A stretch of DNA of 64,000 bases, from positions 1,889-65,888 of the forward strand of contig JBHEMS010000002.1 in the NCBI GenBank assembly GCA_046262455.1, read 5' to 3'. This DNA comes from Candidatus Dormibacteria bacterium. GTDB lineage: Bacteria; Chloroflexota; Dormibacteria; DASZGP01. Under the pieces are notes generated by a model. It worked only from the letters and a program-made list of their open reading frames with translations. It searched no databases and was not told where the DNA came from. Numbering within the stretch: position 1 is the first letter of the stretch; each line of letters opens with the position of its first letter. Below, in pieces: positions 43,779-52,598 of this stretch. Both the position numbers and the translations under genes were made by a program.

Positions 43779-45224
43779 TCAGGTGTTGGTCGGGACGGCG
43801 GGCGCCGGGGAATCGGCGACCACGGCCTCGGCGGCAGCGCGAAGCAGCGGCGCCTCGGCCTCCTCGAGGGCGAATACCCTCAAGACCGAGTTGCGGACGG
43901 GCAGGCGGGCCAGCAACTGGGCCGCGGCATCGGGCCTCAGGCTGCCGTCAAGGGGGTCGAACAGCAGGGCGGAGTAGCGATCTGCGGCAGGGTCGTGGGG
44001 CCGCGCGTCTAAGGAAGCGATGTCAACCTCGAACTCGACCTGGCTTCCGGGCGGCAACTCGGCCTGCAGGCGCTGCCTGAGCTCCTGGGGTGTCAGGACA
44101 AAAACCCCGGGCGCACGGCCGCGGTACTCGAACGCCGCCTCGTACGCGAGCTTCCACTTCAGGTCGCGCCTCCCGGTTATCCGCGCCCACTCCACCGCGA
44201 GGCTGTGACGCCGCGAGCCCGGGGCCTCGGTGCGCAGCCAGCGGTCCACCTCGTTCAGCAGGTGCCAGTCGTTCAGACCGACGTATGCCTCGAGGTCGTC
44301 GAGCGGGTTGGCGCCGCCCATCAGCTCGTCGACTGTGCTCCGAAAGATCTCGCGCATGTGGAGGTCGATCCGTCTCACCGTGCGGTGGTGGTAGAGGTTG
44401 TTGTAGAGGTACATGCGCGAATTGAGGAACAGCAGCATGGCCTCGGCGCCGTGCTGGTGGAGGGCCATTCCCTCCGGCGACACGAAGGTGTAGTGGATGA
44501 TGCGGCGGACATCCACCGGGCCCACGCTCACGCCGCAGGCATACGCGTCACGGGGGACGTAATCCATGTTGTCAGCGGCAAAGCTGCCGCAGAGGACCGG
44601 CTTGAGCAACTCGAGCCAGCGCGGTGGCGAGAAACCCTCCAGTTCCTCCTTGGAGATGACGTAGGCCACCCAGGCCGGGTCGACGCGCTCACCTGGCTCG
44701 AAGGCGGCATGGGGGCTGGCCTCCAGGCCGGCGACGAGTGGCGCGAGCTCACCCTGGATGAGCCGTTGCGAGATGGTTTCGTGCGTGACACCGAAGTGCG
44801 CCAGGTACTGCTCATCGAAAAAATGGCCGAACGGACCATGGCCCACGTCGTGGAGCAGACCGCCGAGTCTGAGGGTCTCCTCGACGACCGCCGCACTGGG
44901 GGCTTCGGTGGCCAGGCGCAACGAGGGATAGAGATGACGCGCCCACTCCCCGGCGAGGTGCATGGCCCCCACCGCGTGCTGGAAGCGCGAATGCTCGGCC
45001 GCCGGGAACACCCACCAGGCGCTCTGCAGCTGGTGGATTCGCCGCGCGCGCTGCAGCCAGCGATTGTCGAGCAGATCCTGTTCCGCGGTCACGCCGGGGT
45101 CGGTCCCGTCGCGCCGGGGGGCCTTGGTGATCTCGACGTACCCGTAGATCGGGTCAGCCACCAGGTTGACCCGGGTGTAGCGGGCGACGAACTCGGGGTC
45201 GAGGGGGGTCTTTGCGGGCGCCAT
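43779..45224 (-). CDS. HD-domain phosphohydrolase (COG1078/dNTPase-like)
   Basis: RFQHAVGAMHLAG...LLHDVGHGPFGHFFD. Confidence 0.9.
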   Translation of the reverse strand: MAPAKTPLDPEFVARYTRVNLVADPIYGYVEITKAPRRDGTDPGVTAEQDLLDNRWLQRARRIHQLQSAWWVFPAAEHSRFQHAVGAMHLAGEWARHLYPSLRLATEAPSAAVVEETLRLGGLLHDVGHGPFGHFFDEQYLAHFGVTHETISQRLIQGELAPLVAGLEASPHAAFEPGERVDPAWVAYVISKEELEGFSPPRWLELLKPVLCGSFAADNMDYVPRDAYACGVSVGPVDVRRIIHYTFVSPEGMALHQHGAEAMLLFLNSRMYLYNNLYHHRTVRRIDLHMREIFRSTVDELMGGANPLDDLEAYVGLNDWHLLNEVDRWLRTEAPGSRRHSLAVEWARITGRRDLKWKLAYEAAFEYRGRAPGVFVLTPQELRQRLQAELPPGSQVEFEVDIASLDARPHDPAADRYSALLFDPLDGSLRPDAAAQLLARLPVRNSVLRVFALEEAEAPLLRAAAEAVVADSPAPAVPTNT

Positions 45225-45277
45225 GGAGCAAGTGTGTCAGAGCGAGGGCGACATCCCATGACCTTTTTGCCGGCGAG

Positions 45278-45303
45278 GGAACCAAATCGTCCTCGATGCC
45301 GTC
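45278..45303 (+). promoter_or_regulatory. Candidate autoregulated ECF promoter (GGAAC-N17-CGTC)
   Basis: GGAAC at 45278..45282, a 17-nt spacer, CGTC at 45300..45303, followed by AGGAG and ATG 45319. Confidence 0.4.
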
Positions 45304-45318
45304 ATAACTACAGGAGCG

Positions 45319-45885
45319 ATGGACGATGAAACGGAGCTCGAGCTTGTTGAACGCTGCAGGGCAGGGGACGGCGACGCCTTCCGTCTCCTGCTGGAGCGAC
45401 ACCAGGGCCGATTGTTCGGCCTCGCCCACCGCATCGCAGGTAACCGCGAGGATGCCCTCGATGTCCTGCAGGACTCCTGCCTCAAGGCGTGGGGTGCGAT
45501 CGGGGAGCTGCGGGGCAGCTTCCGAAGCTGGATGAGCACGATCGTCACGCGCACCGCTCTCGACCGCGTCCGCTCGCGCCGACCGGCCAGCCCACTGGAG
45601 GACGACGAGGGCCTGGTGCTGCTCCCCGACGCGGCGCCTGGGCCTGAGACAACGGCCCTTTCGCGCCAGCGGGTGCGCATGATCGAAGCGGCGCTGCGCC
45701 GGCTGAGCCCGGACCACCGCGCCATCGTCCTGATGCGAGACCTCGGCGACCTGAGCTATGAGGAGATCGCCGAGGGCCTGGGTGTCCCCCTGGGCACGGT
45801 GCGCTCACGCCTGGCCCGGGCGCGCCTGGCGCTGCAGGCGGAGCTCCTCCGCCACGATCCCGACATCCTGGAGGCGCTGGCTTGA
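45319..45885 (+). CDS. ECF-type RNA polymerase sigma factor
   Basis: Region 2 (DALDVLQDSCLKAW) and region 4 (SYEEIAEGLGVPLGTVRSRLARAR). Confidence 0.92.
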   Translation: MDDETELELVERCRAGDGDAFRLLLERHQGRLFGLAHRIAGNREDALDVLQDSCLKAWGAIGELRGSFRSWMSTIVTRTALDRVRSRRPASPLEDDEGLVLLPDAAPGPETTALSRQRVRMIEAALRRLSPDHRAIVLMRDLGDLSYEEIAEGLGVPLGTVRSRLARARLALQAELLRHDPDILEALA

Positions 45886-46745
45886 TGCCCCACGCTACCG
45901 ATGAGGTCCTATCCGCCAGCGTTGACGGGGCGTTGGAGCCCGCCGAAGCCGACCAGCTCGACCGTCACCTCGGCGAGTGCGAGGTTTGCCGGCGGCGTCG
46001 TGACCTGCTGCGGGCGACCTCGCAGGCGGTGGCGGCGCTGTCCGACGATCCCAATCCGCCGGCGCTGGACCTCTCGTTCCTCGAGGACGCCCCCGTCGCG
46101 CCCAAGGTGATCACCGTGCCCACGGCCCGGTGGCGTCCCCCCGCGTGGATGGTGCCGGCCGCCGTGGCGGCGGCGCTGCTTATCGCCGCCGTGGGACTGG
46201 GGCCGTCGCTGCTCAGCAACGGTGGGCGCAGCGCTTCCACGGCGGCCGGCAGCCTCGGGTCCGCCGGGCTTGGTCCCAACGCGGCGGACCGGGCGCCCAC
46301 TGTGCCCGGGTCGACGGCGCCTGAGGCGACCACGGCCCGCGGCGCCGCTGCTGGAGCGCCGGCCAACAACGGTTCCCTGTCAGGGTTCGCCGGCAGCGCA
46401 CCCGGGAGCGTGACCGACGCCAGTGGGCTGACGCTGACGCTGATGCCGGCCACCACGTCCACACGCACCGGGCAACCAACCGGCCTGACCCTGGAGGCAC
46501 GCGCCGGGCAGGCGGTGGCCCTGCGCCGCCTCAGCATTCTGGTGCGTGGGAACGGCGGCTCGCAGATCATCGCCGGGGAGTCGGCGGTGGCCCTGGCGGC
46601 GGGGCAGAGCACGGTGCTCTCGGCGACCTGGGCGGCCGGCCAGACGTCGGGGCCGCCGCGCGGCGGGGACTACCTGCTGGAGGGCCGCGCCACCCTCGCC
46701 GACGGCCGCGACGTCGTCGTGACCGTTACGGTCCGGGTGACTTAG
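45882..46745 (+). CDS. Anti-sigma factor (zf-HC2) with a TM helix and extracytoplasmic domain
   Basis: HLGECEVCRRR motif, a TM helix (WMVPAAVAAALLIAAVGL), and a 4-nt overlap with the sigma gene. Confidence 0.8.
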   Translation: MMPHATDEVLSASVDGALEPAEADQLDRHLGECEVCRRRRDLLRATSQAVAALSDDPNPPALDLSFLEDAPVAPKVITVPTARWRPPAWMVPAAVAAALLIAAVGLGPSLLSNGGRSASTAAGSLGSAGLGPNAADRAPTVPGSTAPEATTARGAAAGAPANNGSLSGFAGSAPGSVTDASGLTLTLMPATTSTRTGQPTGLTLEARAGQAVALRRLSILVRGNGGSQIIAGESAVALAAGQSTVLSATWAAGQTSGPPRGGDYLLEGRATLADGRDVVVTVTVRVT

Positions 46746-47008
46746 TACCCACCCGTGATCCGCACCTGGAGCATCTCGAGGTCGGGCGCCTCTGCCACCA
46801 GTTTTCGGACGCAGGCGACCACGTGGCGGCCGTCCCCGGGCTGAAGCACGAGTTGACGCCCACCAGCGCCAGTGTGTGAAACGTCCACGGGCTGGGCGAG
46901 GTGGTTGACGAGGCGGGAGTGCAGCTCGACGTCCTCGCTCTCGACGGTACCGTCTTCGTATACGTCCGCGGTGCTGTCACCGCAGCCGATCGTCCAGACC
47001 ACCAGCAT
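46742..47008 (-). CDS. Hypothetical 88-aa protein
   Basis: ATG 47008, 23 nt after the upstream stop. MLVVWTIGCGDSTADVYEDG... has a plausible composition. The upstream part of track ORF 46742..47314 is Arg/Pro/Gly junk. Confidence 0.5.
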   Translation of the reverse strand: MLVVWTIGCGDSTADVYEDGTVESEDVELHSRLVNHLAQPVDVSHTGAGGRQLVLQPGDGRHVVACVRKLVAEAPDLEMLQVRITGGY

Positions 47009-47031
47009 GGGCGAGATGGGGGGCACAGGGA

Positions 47032-47607
47032 TCAGCCCTCCCCGCGCGGCGCCCGCAGGCGATCCTCGATCGCGGCGCGGAAGGCTTCCGGCTCCCGCAG
47101 CGGCCCGATTCGCATCCGCCTCGGTTGACCCTTGGGCCCGGGCTCGCGCAACTCCAGGACGATCGTCGCCGCACCGGAGAGGCGGGCGACGGCGCGGTCC
47201 GTCATCCCCTCCTCCATGTGGGTGCCGGCCACCGACGCCAGCTCCACGGGGCGCCAGGGGACGTCTCGCTCGACGGCGCCGATCAGCAGGCGGCGGTCGG
47301 TGAGCACGTAGCACTTACGGCTGCCGCGCGGACGGACCTCGCTGTCCGAGGCATAGAAGGCGAAAAGGAGCGCACAGAAGCCGAACAGACCAATGGTGAC
47401 GGGCAGCGAGCGGAATTCCAGCTGCCCGAGCGTCACGAAGGCCAGGCCCGGGAGCCACCAGATCACCACCGTGCGCCACTGCCACCCCAGCATCACGCCG
47501 TCGGCCCGGCGCACCAGGGTCTCACCTTCGGCCAGGACTGGCGCGCCGCCCGGCTCCGGCCCCTGTCCGGCTGCGGGACTAATCTCGGCGCTCGCCACGT
47601 TAGGCAT
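47032..47607 (-). CDS. Membrane protein with a PH-like (YdbS/bPH-type) topology
   Basis: Two adjacent TM helices (VVIWWLPGLAFVTLG, VTIGLFGFCALLFAFY) followed by a soluble domain. Confidence 0.65.
   Translation of the reverse strand: MPNVASAEISPAAGQGPEPGGAPVLAEGETLVRRADGVMLGWQWRTVVIWWLPGLAFVTLGQLEFRSLPVTIGLFGFCALLFAFYASDSEVRPRGSRKCYVLTDRRLLIGAVERDVPWRPVELASVAGTHMEEGMTDRAVARLSGAATIVLELREPGPKGQPRRMRIGPLREPEAFRAAIEDRLRAPRGEG
47576..47601 (+). promoter_or_regulatory. Candidate SigR/SigH-type promoter (GGACT-N18-GTT)
   Basis: GGACT at 47576..47580, an exact 18-nt spacer, GTT at 47599..47601. ATG 47611 lies 9 nt further on. Confidence 0.4.
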
Positions 47608-47610
47608 TGT

Positions 47611-48249
47611 ATGGAGAGCGTGTTCAATCTCCCGGTTGCGCCCGTGGCCGGCGAGGGCCTAGCTTTGCGAGAGATGGCACAGGACGCGGTCACCACGGCT
47701 GCAAACGAGGATTTCGACTTCCCTGCCGCGGTCGCGGAAAACATCGACGCCCTCTACCGCGGGGCGCTGCGGATGACCGGCAGCCGTGAGGAGGCCGAGG
47801 ACCTGGTTCAGGAGACCTTCTTGCGCGCCTATCGCTTTCAGCACCAGTTTCAGCCAGGCACCAACTTCAAGGCGTGGCTGTTCAAGATCCAGACGAACAT
47901 CTTCCGGTCCCGGTATCGCAAGCTCTGGAACAGTCCCCAGAGCCTCGATGACACCGAGGAGTTCTACCTCTACCAGCACCTCGGCCCCGACACCGCTCCC
48001 GGTGAAGACCCGGCGGCCGACGTCCTGGACAAGCTGGGAGTGGACGAGGTGCGCCGGGCGATCGAAGACCTACCGGCTGTCTACCGCGCCGCGATCCTGT
48101 TGACCGATGTCGAAGGTTTCAGCTACAGGGAGACGGCGGACATTTTGGAAATTCCGGTCGGCACGGTGATGTCGCGGTTACACCGCGGCCGGCGGAGGCT
48201 GCAGAAGCAGCTCTACGACTACGCAAAAGAGAGCGGGGTGGTGACATGA
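47611..48249 (+). CDS. sigH: SigH/SigR-type ECF sigma factor (second in-frame start at 47674)
   Basis: IDALYRGALRMTGSREEAEDLVQETFLRAY...GTNFKAWLFKIQTN...VGTVMSRLHRGRRRL. The first roughly 160 aa of track ORF 47125..48249 are antisense junk. Confidence 0.9.
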   Translation: MESVFNLPVAPVAGEGLALREMAQDAVTTAANEDFDFPAAVAENIDALYRGALRMTGSREEAEDLVQETFLRAYRFQHQFQPGTNFKAWLFKIQTNIFRSRYRKLWNSPQSLDDTEEFYLYQHLGPDTAPGEDPAADVLDKLGVDEVRRAIEDLPAVYRAAILLTDVEGFSYRETADILEIPVGTVMSRLHRGRRRLQKQLYDYAKESGVVT

Positions 48250-48488
48250 AGCCAGGGAGCGGCGAGTGCGTCGACTGCGCGGGGGCGATGGACAAGCTCC
48301 ACGAGTACGTCGACCGTGAGCTCACCAGCGACGAGCTCAGCCAGGTCCGGGCCCACCTGGACGACTGTCCGCCATGCCAGCGCCACTTCGAATTCGAGGA
48401 GCAGCTGAAGCTGCTGGTTCACCGTAAGGCCTGCCCGGAGACGGCACCCCAGCACCTCTTGGCGAAGATCCTGGGTAGCCTCAAGTAA
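48246..48488 (+). CDS. rshA: Redox-sensing anti-sigma factor (RsrA/RshA type, zf-HC2)
   Basis: ECVDC...HLDDCPPC...KACPE cysteine pattern. 4-nt ATGA overlap with sigH. Confidence 0.88.
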   Translation: MKPGSGECVDCAGAMDKLHEYVDRELTSDELSQVRAHLDDCPPCQRHFEFEEQLKLLVHRKACPETAPQHLLAKILGSLK

Positions 48489-48572
48489 CGATCCCGTCGC
48501 GGGGATTGCCGAAAAGGTGGTAGTCCTGCTATAACCATCTCTACATTTGCGCGACATGTGAGAGGTTGATCG

Positions 48573-49520
48573 TTGCTCGCTGAGCCGGGGTTGATGGATT
48601 TCGAGGACGGCATGCCGGCCTACGTGCCTCCCCCACCGGGCTACTTTGCGCCCCCGCCGCCGCCGCGGGAGGTGATCGGGCTCCGCCCGGCCACCCTGGC
48701 GGACAGACCCCGTGTCGCCGAGATCTGTAGCCAGGTGTTCAAGGGCGACGACCCATTGCCGCAGCGTTTCAGCGGCTGGGTGGAGGATGTCGACGCCAGC
48801 TTCCTGGTGGCCGAGGTTGACGCGCGCCTTGCCGCGATGCACCGCCTGGTACCCGATGGCGACGCTGTCACCTGGTATGAGGGGTTGCGGGTGGCCCCGG
48901 AGTATCGCCGGCGCGGGCTCGGTCGGACCATGGTCGAGATGGGCGCGGCCTCCGCGCAACGTCGCGGGTCCATGGAGATGCGCCTCCACGCGGGCCCTGA
49001 ATGCGGGGCCTTCTTCGAGTCCGTCGGGTTCAAGCCCATCCTGCAGGTCGCACGCTGGGATGCGGACCCGAAGCGGCGCGGCCACGTCCCCGCCGTGGTC
49101 ACCCCCGAGCACACCGACGTGGCCCTGGGCTGGCTGCGCCAGGACGACGCCTTCAATCACTACCCGGGCATCAAGCCGGTGTTCGGCCGCTCGGCCGCGG
49201 GCGACCGGCGCAACGTCGACCGCATGGCGCGAGAGGGAACCCTTCGCTTCACGGGGGCAGTTCCCGCCTTCGCCGCCGTCCGCCCCACCCCCGACGAGCC
49301 CCTGCGGGTGACGTTCCTGGCGGGGAGTGGAGAGAGCATGTGCGACCTGCTGCAGGGAATTCGCCACCAGGCCCATGTCGAGGGTACCGAGCGAGTTCGC
49401 GTCGTGGCCCCTGCCGACCATCCCTGCGCGGCCGAACTGGAGGCCGCCGGCTACTCCATCAGGGACGACTTCAGGCTCACGGTCTACTCCAGGCCGCTGG
49501 TGGCAGGGCCCCACAACTAG
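48573..49520 (+). CDS. GNAT-family N-acetyltransferase
   Basis: LRVAPEYRRRGLGRTMV acetyl-CoA motif. Pro-rich N-terminus. TTG 48573 or ATG 48594. Confidence 0.8.
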   Translation: MLAEPGLMDFEDGMPAYVPPPPGYFAPPPPPREVIGLRPATLADRPRVAEICSQVFKGDDPLPQRFSGWVEDVDASFLVAEVDARLAAMHRLVPDGDAVTWYEGLRVAPEYRRRGLGRTMVEMGAASAQRRGSMEMRLHAGPECGAFFESVGFKPILQVARWDADPKRRGHVPAVVTPEHTDVALGWLRQDDAFNHYPGIKPVFGRSAAGDRRNVDRMAREGTLRFTGAVPAFAAVRPTPDEPLRVTFLAGSGESMCDLLQGIRHQAHVEGTERVRVVAPADHPCAAELEAAGYSIRDDFRLTVYSRPLVAGPHN

Positions 49521-49533
49521 CCCGGCATAAATA

Positions 49534-49565
49534 GAGAGGGCCCCGCACGAATGCGAGGCCCTCTC
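49534..49565. terminator. Strong hairpin between convergent genes (candidate bidirectional terminator)
   Basis: GAGAGGGCC/GGCCCTCTC (9 bp) plus an inner CGCA/TGCG stem around a CGAA loop. Confidence 0.5.
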
Positions 49566-49583
49566 CGCGGGGTGGGAGGTGAG

Positions 49584-49988
49584 CTAGCTGGCCTTCGACG
49601 CGGGGGTCTTCAGGCTGACGGAGGTCTGACGACGGCGCCCGGCGCCGGACCGGCGGGTGCTGCTGCGCCGGGTCGTCACCCGGACCTGCGGAGCCTTCCG
49701 GCGCGCGCTCGTCGCGGTTCGACGGGCGGTGCGGGTAGCGGTCCTGCCCGCCGTCTCCGCCTTCTCCTCGGCGAGGCCGATGGCGCTCAACGCGCTATGA
49801 CGAACCTCTTCGACGAGGCCGTCGATGCGGCGCTGGTAGGGACGGACCTGGAGCCTGCCGCTCTGGGCCAGCTTGCCCCCACGCCGCTCGGCCTTCTTGA
49901 GCCAGTTCTGCAGGCGGGCGGGGCTGGTCACGAAATCAACGGCCAGCGCGGTGGCGCCGATGCCGGTGTAGACAGTCTCTCTGATCAC
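49584..49988 (-). CDS. Hypothetical basic protein (HbhA/phasin-like N-terminus, Arg/Thr/Ser-rich tail)
   Basis: AGAGG RBS before GTG 49988. IRETVYTGIGATALAVDFV followed by an RTATRTARRTATSARRK...RRSSTRRSGAGRRR tail. Confidence 0.6.
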   Translation of the reverse strand: MIRETVYTGIGATALAVDFVTSPARLQNWLKKAERRGGKLAQSGRLQVRPYQRRIDGLVEEVRHSALSAIGLAEEKAETAGRTATRTARRTATSARRKAPQVRVTTRRSSTRRSGAGRRRQTSVSLKTPASKAS

Positions 49989-50117
49989 GATGAGCACCTC
50001 TGTTCTTGAACTTTGTGCCCAATTTATAACACAGTGCGTCATGTATCTGCAACGCGTCATGACAGTCCAGTCAGGACGTGAGGCGTCGGGGAGCTGGGCG
50101 AACCCACCCGGCGCCCC

Positions 50118-51164
50118 TCAGAGAGCGATGCGGATCTCCCCCGCCATCCCCTCGACCAACTCGCCCACGTCCATGGCCGCCACCCCCGCCGCCGCCATCT
50201 CCGTCTCCAACCGGGTCGTACTCTCACGGTCGACGGCGATGAGCAGGCCCCCCGAGGTCTGGGCATCGGAGAGCACCAGGCGCTGCCATTCCTGGACGGG
50301 CCCCGCCGCGCGACTGTAGGCCCGGGCGGCGTCCAGGTTGCGCTGCGTCCCGCCGGGCACAGTACCCTTGCGCGCCAGGTCCTCAACGCCACCCAGCACC
50401 GGCACCTGGGAATACCGGATAGAGGCCGCCAGCCCTGACCCCGCGGCCATCTCGTGGAGGTGACCCACAAGGCCGAACCCGGTCACGTCGGTGGCCGCGC
50501 GGGCACCGGCGGCAAGCATCGCCCGGCTGGCGTCCCGGTTGGTCCGCTTCATCTGTTCCAGGGCAGGGCCCAGGGCGCCGGCATCGATGGCATCGCGCTT
50601 GACGGCGGTCGTCAGGATGCCGACCCCCAGGGGTTTGGTGAGGTAGAGGCGGTCACCGGGGCGCGCCCCGGAGTTGCGGATCACGCGCTCCGGGTGGACT
50701 CGCCCGACGACCGAGAGCCCGAACTTCAGCTCCGGGTCGTCGATCGTGTGCCCGCCCACCGTGAGTGCGCCCGCCTCATGGACGACCGCAGCGGCAGCCG
50801 AGAGGATCTCCTCCAGGACGATCAACTCGAGCGCCTCTCGGGGAAACCCAGCGAGGTTGAGGGCCACCAGGGGCTCACCACCCATCGCGTAGACGTCTGA
50901 CAGGGCGTTGGCCGCGGCGATGGCGCCAAAGTCGGCGGGGTCGTCGACCACCGGGGTGATGAAGTCGGCCGTCAGCACGATGGCCAGCTCGGGTGTGAGC
51001 CGGTAGACGGCCGCGTCGTCGCTGGTGCCTGGACCAACGAGGAGGTCGTCGTGGACTGGCGCGGGCAGGTGGCTCAGGACCTGAGCCAGGTCACCAGGAC
51101 TCAGCTTGCAGGCTCAACCAGCCCCGTGAGAGAAGGCGGTCAGTCGCGGACGCTTCGCGGGCAC
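50118..51164 (-). CDS. selD: Selenide, water dikinase with in-frame TGA (selenocysteine) at 51116..51114
   Basis: Track ORFs 50118..50978 and 51114..51614 share one frame. Read-through gives RLTAFSHGAG-U-ACKLSPGDLAQVL...LLVGPGTSDDAAVYRL...TADFITPVVDDP, colinear with E. coli SelD (GAGCGCK). GTG 51164 preferred start. Confidence 0.85.
51071..51104 (-). other. Candidate SECIS hairpin(s) downstream of the selD UGA
   Basis: Hairpin A: mRNA positions +10 to +33 after the UGA, CUGAGUC/GGCUCAG 7-bp stem with a 10-nt loop containing GGU. Hairpin B: GGCUCAG-GUC-CUGAGCC at +27 to +43. Hand-folded only. Confidence 0.4.
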
Positions 51165-51209
51165 CGGTCGATTATGAGCCGCTCGGTCTCCCACTAGACT
51201 GGGCGAGCT

Positions 51210-52598
51210 ATGAGCATGGGCGAACTCGCGAGACTGCTCCCCGCCGCAACCCTGGTGGTCTCCGGCGAAGAACTCAAGGACTACGCCGGCGACTGGTCCT
51301 CGCAGTCCATCCTGCGCGCCCAGCGCGGGGGCCTCGTCATGCCCGCCGCGGTCCTGCGCGTTTCCAGCGCCGAGGACGTCGCCACCGCGCTGAGGTGGGC
51401 AACGGGGTCCGGCACCGCGGTCGTGCCGAGCGGCGGCCGATCGGGCGTCAGCGGGGGCGTGCTGACCCACGGCGGCGAGTTGGTCCTGGACCTGCGGGGT
51501 CTCGACCGGGTGGTGGACCTCGACGAGCTCAGCGGGGTCGTGCGCGTCGAGGCGGGCATCCTCGGCACCGACCTCGAGCGCTGGCTGAACGAGCACGGAT
51601 ACACGCTCGGCCATTTTCCCCAGTCGATCGCCCTCTCGACGGTCGGCGGCTGGATCGCCGCCCGCTCGGCAGGGCAGCTGTCCAGCGGCTACGGCGCGAT
51701 CGAGGACCTCGTGGTGGCGCTGACCGCTGCCCTACCCGACGGGACGCTGGCAACCTCTCTGCTCACGCCCCGAACCGCGGCGGGAATCCAGCTTCACGAA
51801 CTCTTCCTCGGTAGCGAGGGAACGCTGGGCGTCGTCACCGAGGCCTGGCTGCGAGTCCGGCGCGCCCCCACCGCGCGGAGTTTCGCGTCACTGGGCTTCG
51901 CGAGCTTCAGCGAAGGGCTTGGTGCGGTCCGCCGGATGGCCCAGGGCCGCGGGTTGCCGGACGCGGTGCGGGTTTACGACGATTCCGACACCGCCATCCA
52001 ATTCCGGGCCTTCGAGCCCGCGCCCACGGGCTGCACAGCGGTGCTGGTTACCGAGGGGCTGGAGGCTGCCGAGACCGATCGCCGGCTGGCCGCGGCACTG
52101 CGCCTGGCCGCGGGAACCGAGCTCGCGCAAAACCTTGCCGGTCACTGGTGGGAACACCGCAACGACGCCGCGGGAACCTACCGGCGTGTCCTCTCGGGCG
52201 AGCTCCTGGGGCCTGACGTCGCCGCCGACACCATCGAGGTGTCCGCACTCTGGTCCCGCGCGGAGGCCGTCTACGCGGCGGTGCGGGACGCCCTGTCACC
52301 GCACGCTGAGGCGGTCGGGTGCCACTGTTCCCACGCCTATGAGACCGGGTGTGCCCTCTACTTCACGTTCGTCATTCGCTCCGCCAACCGGGAGGAGGCG
52401 ATCGCACGCGCCTGGCACGACGCCCTCGACGCGGTCACGGCCAGCGGCGGGAGCATGACCCATCACCACGGCGTGGGTCAGCTGAAGTCCGCCTGGCTGG
52501 CACGGGAGCTAGGGGCATTCGCCCCCTACCTTGAGCGCGTGCAGCGAGCCTTTGACCCGGCAGGCATCATGAACCCAAACACGCTCAGGGCGCCCTAA
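51210..52598 (+). CDS. FAD-binding oxidoreductase (GlcD/FAD-linked oxidase family)
   Basis: VVPSGGRSGVSGG FAD motif and C-terminal HHHGVGQLK...FDPAGIMNPN. Confidence 0.9.
   Translation: MSMGELARLLPAATLVVSGEELKDYAGDWSSQSILRAQRGGLVMPAAVLRVSSAEDVATALRWATGSGTAVVPSGGRSGVSGGVLTHGGELVLDLRGLDRVVDLDELSGVVRVEAGILGTDLERWLNEHGYTLGHFPQSIALSTVGGWIAARSAGQLSSGYGAIEDLVVALTAALPDGTLATSLLTPRTAAGIQLHELFLGSEGTLGVVTEAWLRVRRAPTARSFASLGFASFSEGLGAVRRMAQGRGLPDAVRVYDDSDTAIQFRAFEPAPTGCTAVLVTEGLEAAETDRRLAAALRLAAGTELAQNLAGHWWEHRNDAAGTYRRVLSGELLGPDVAADTIEVSALWSRAEAVYAAVRDALSPHAEAVGCHCSHAYETGCALYFTFVIRSANREEAIARAWHDALDAVTASGGSMTHHHGVGQLKSAWLARELGAFAPYLERVQRAFDPAGIMNPNTLRAP

Noticed and set aside
47125-47610. N-terminal roughly 160 aa of the 374-aa track ORF containing sigH.
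   Set aside because: This part is antisense to the membrane protein 47032..47607. Sigma-factor homology starts only after 47611/47674.
51114-51614. 166-aa minus-strand ORF upstream of selD, taken at face value as a separate gene.
   Set aside because: Only its last roughly 17 codons (VPAKRPRLTAFSHGAG) make sense, as the SelD N-terminus before the in-frame TGA. The rest is antisense to the FAD oxidase gene starting at 51210.
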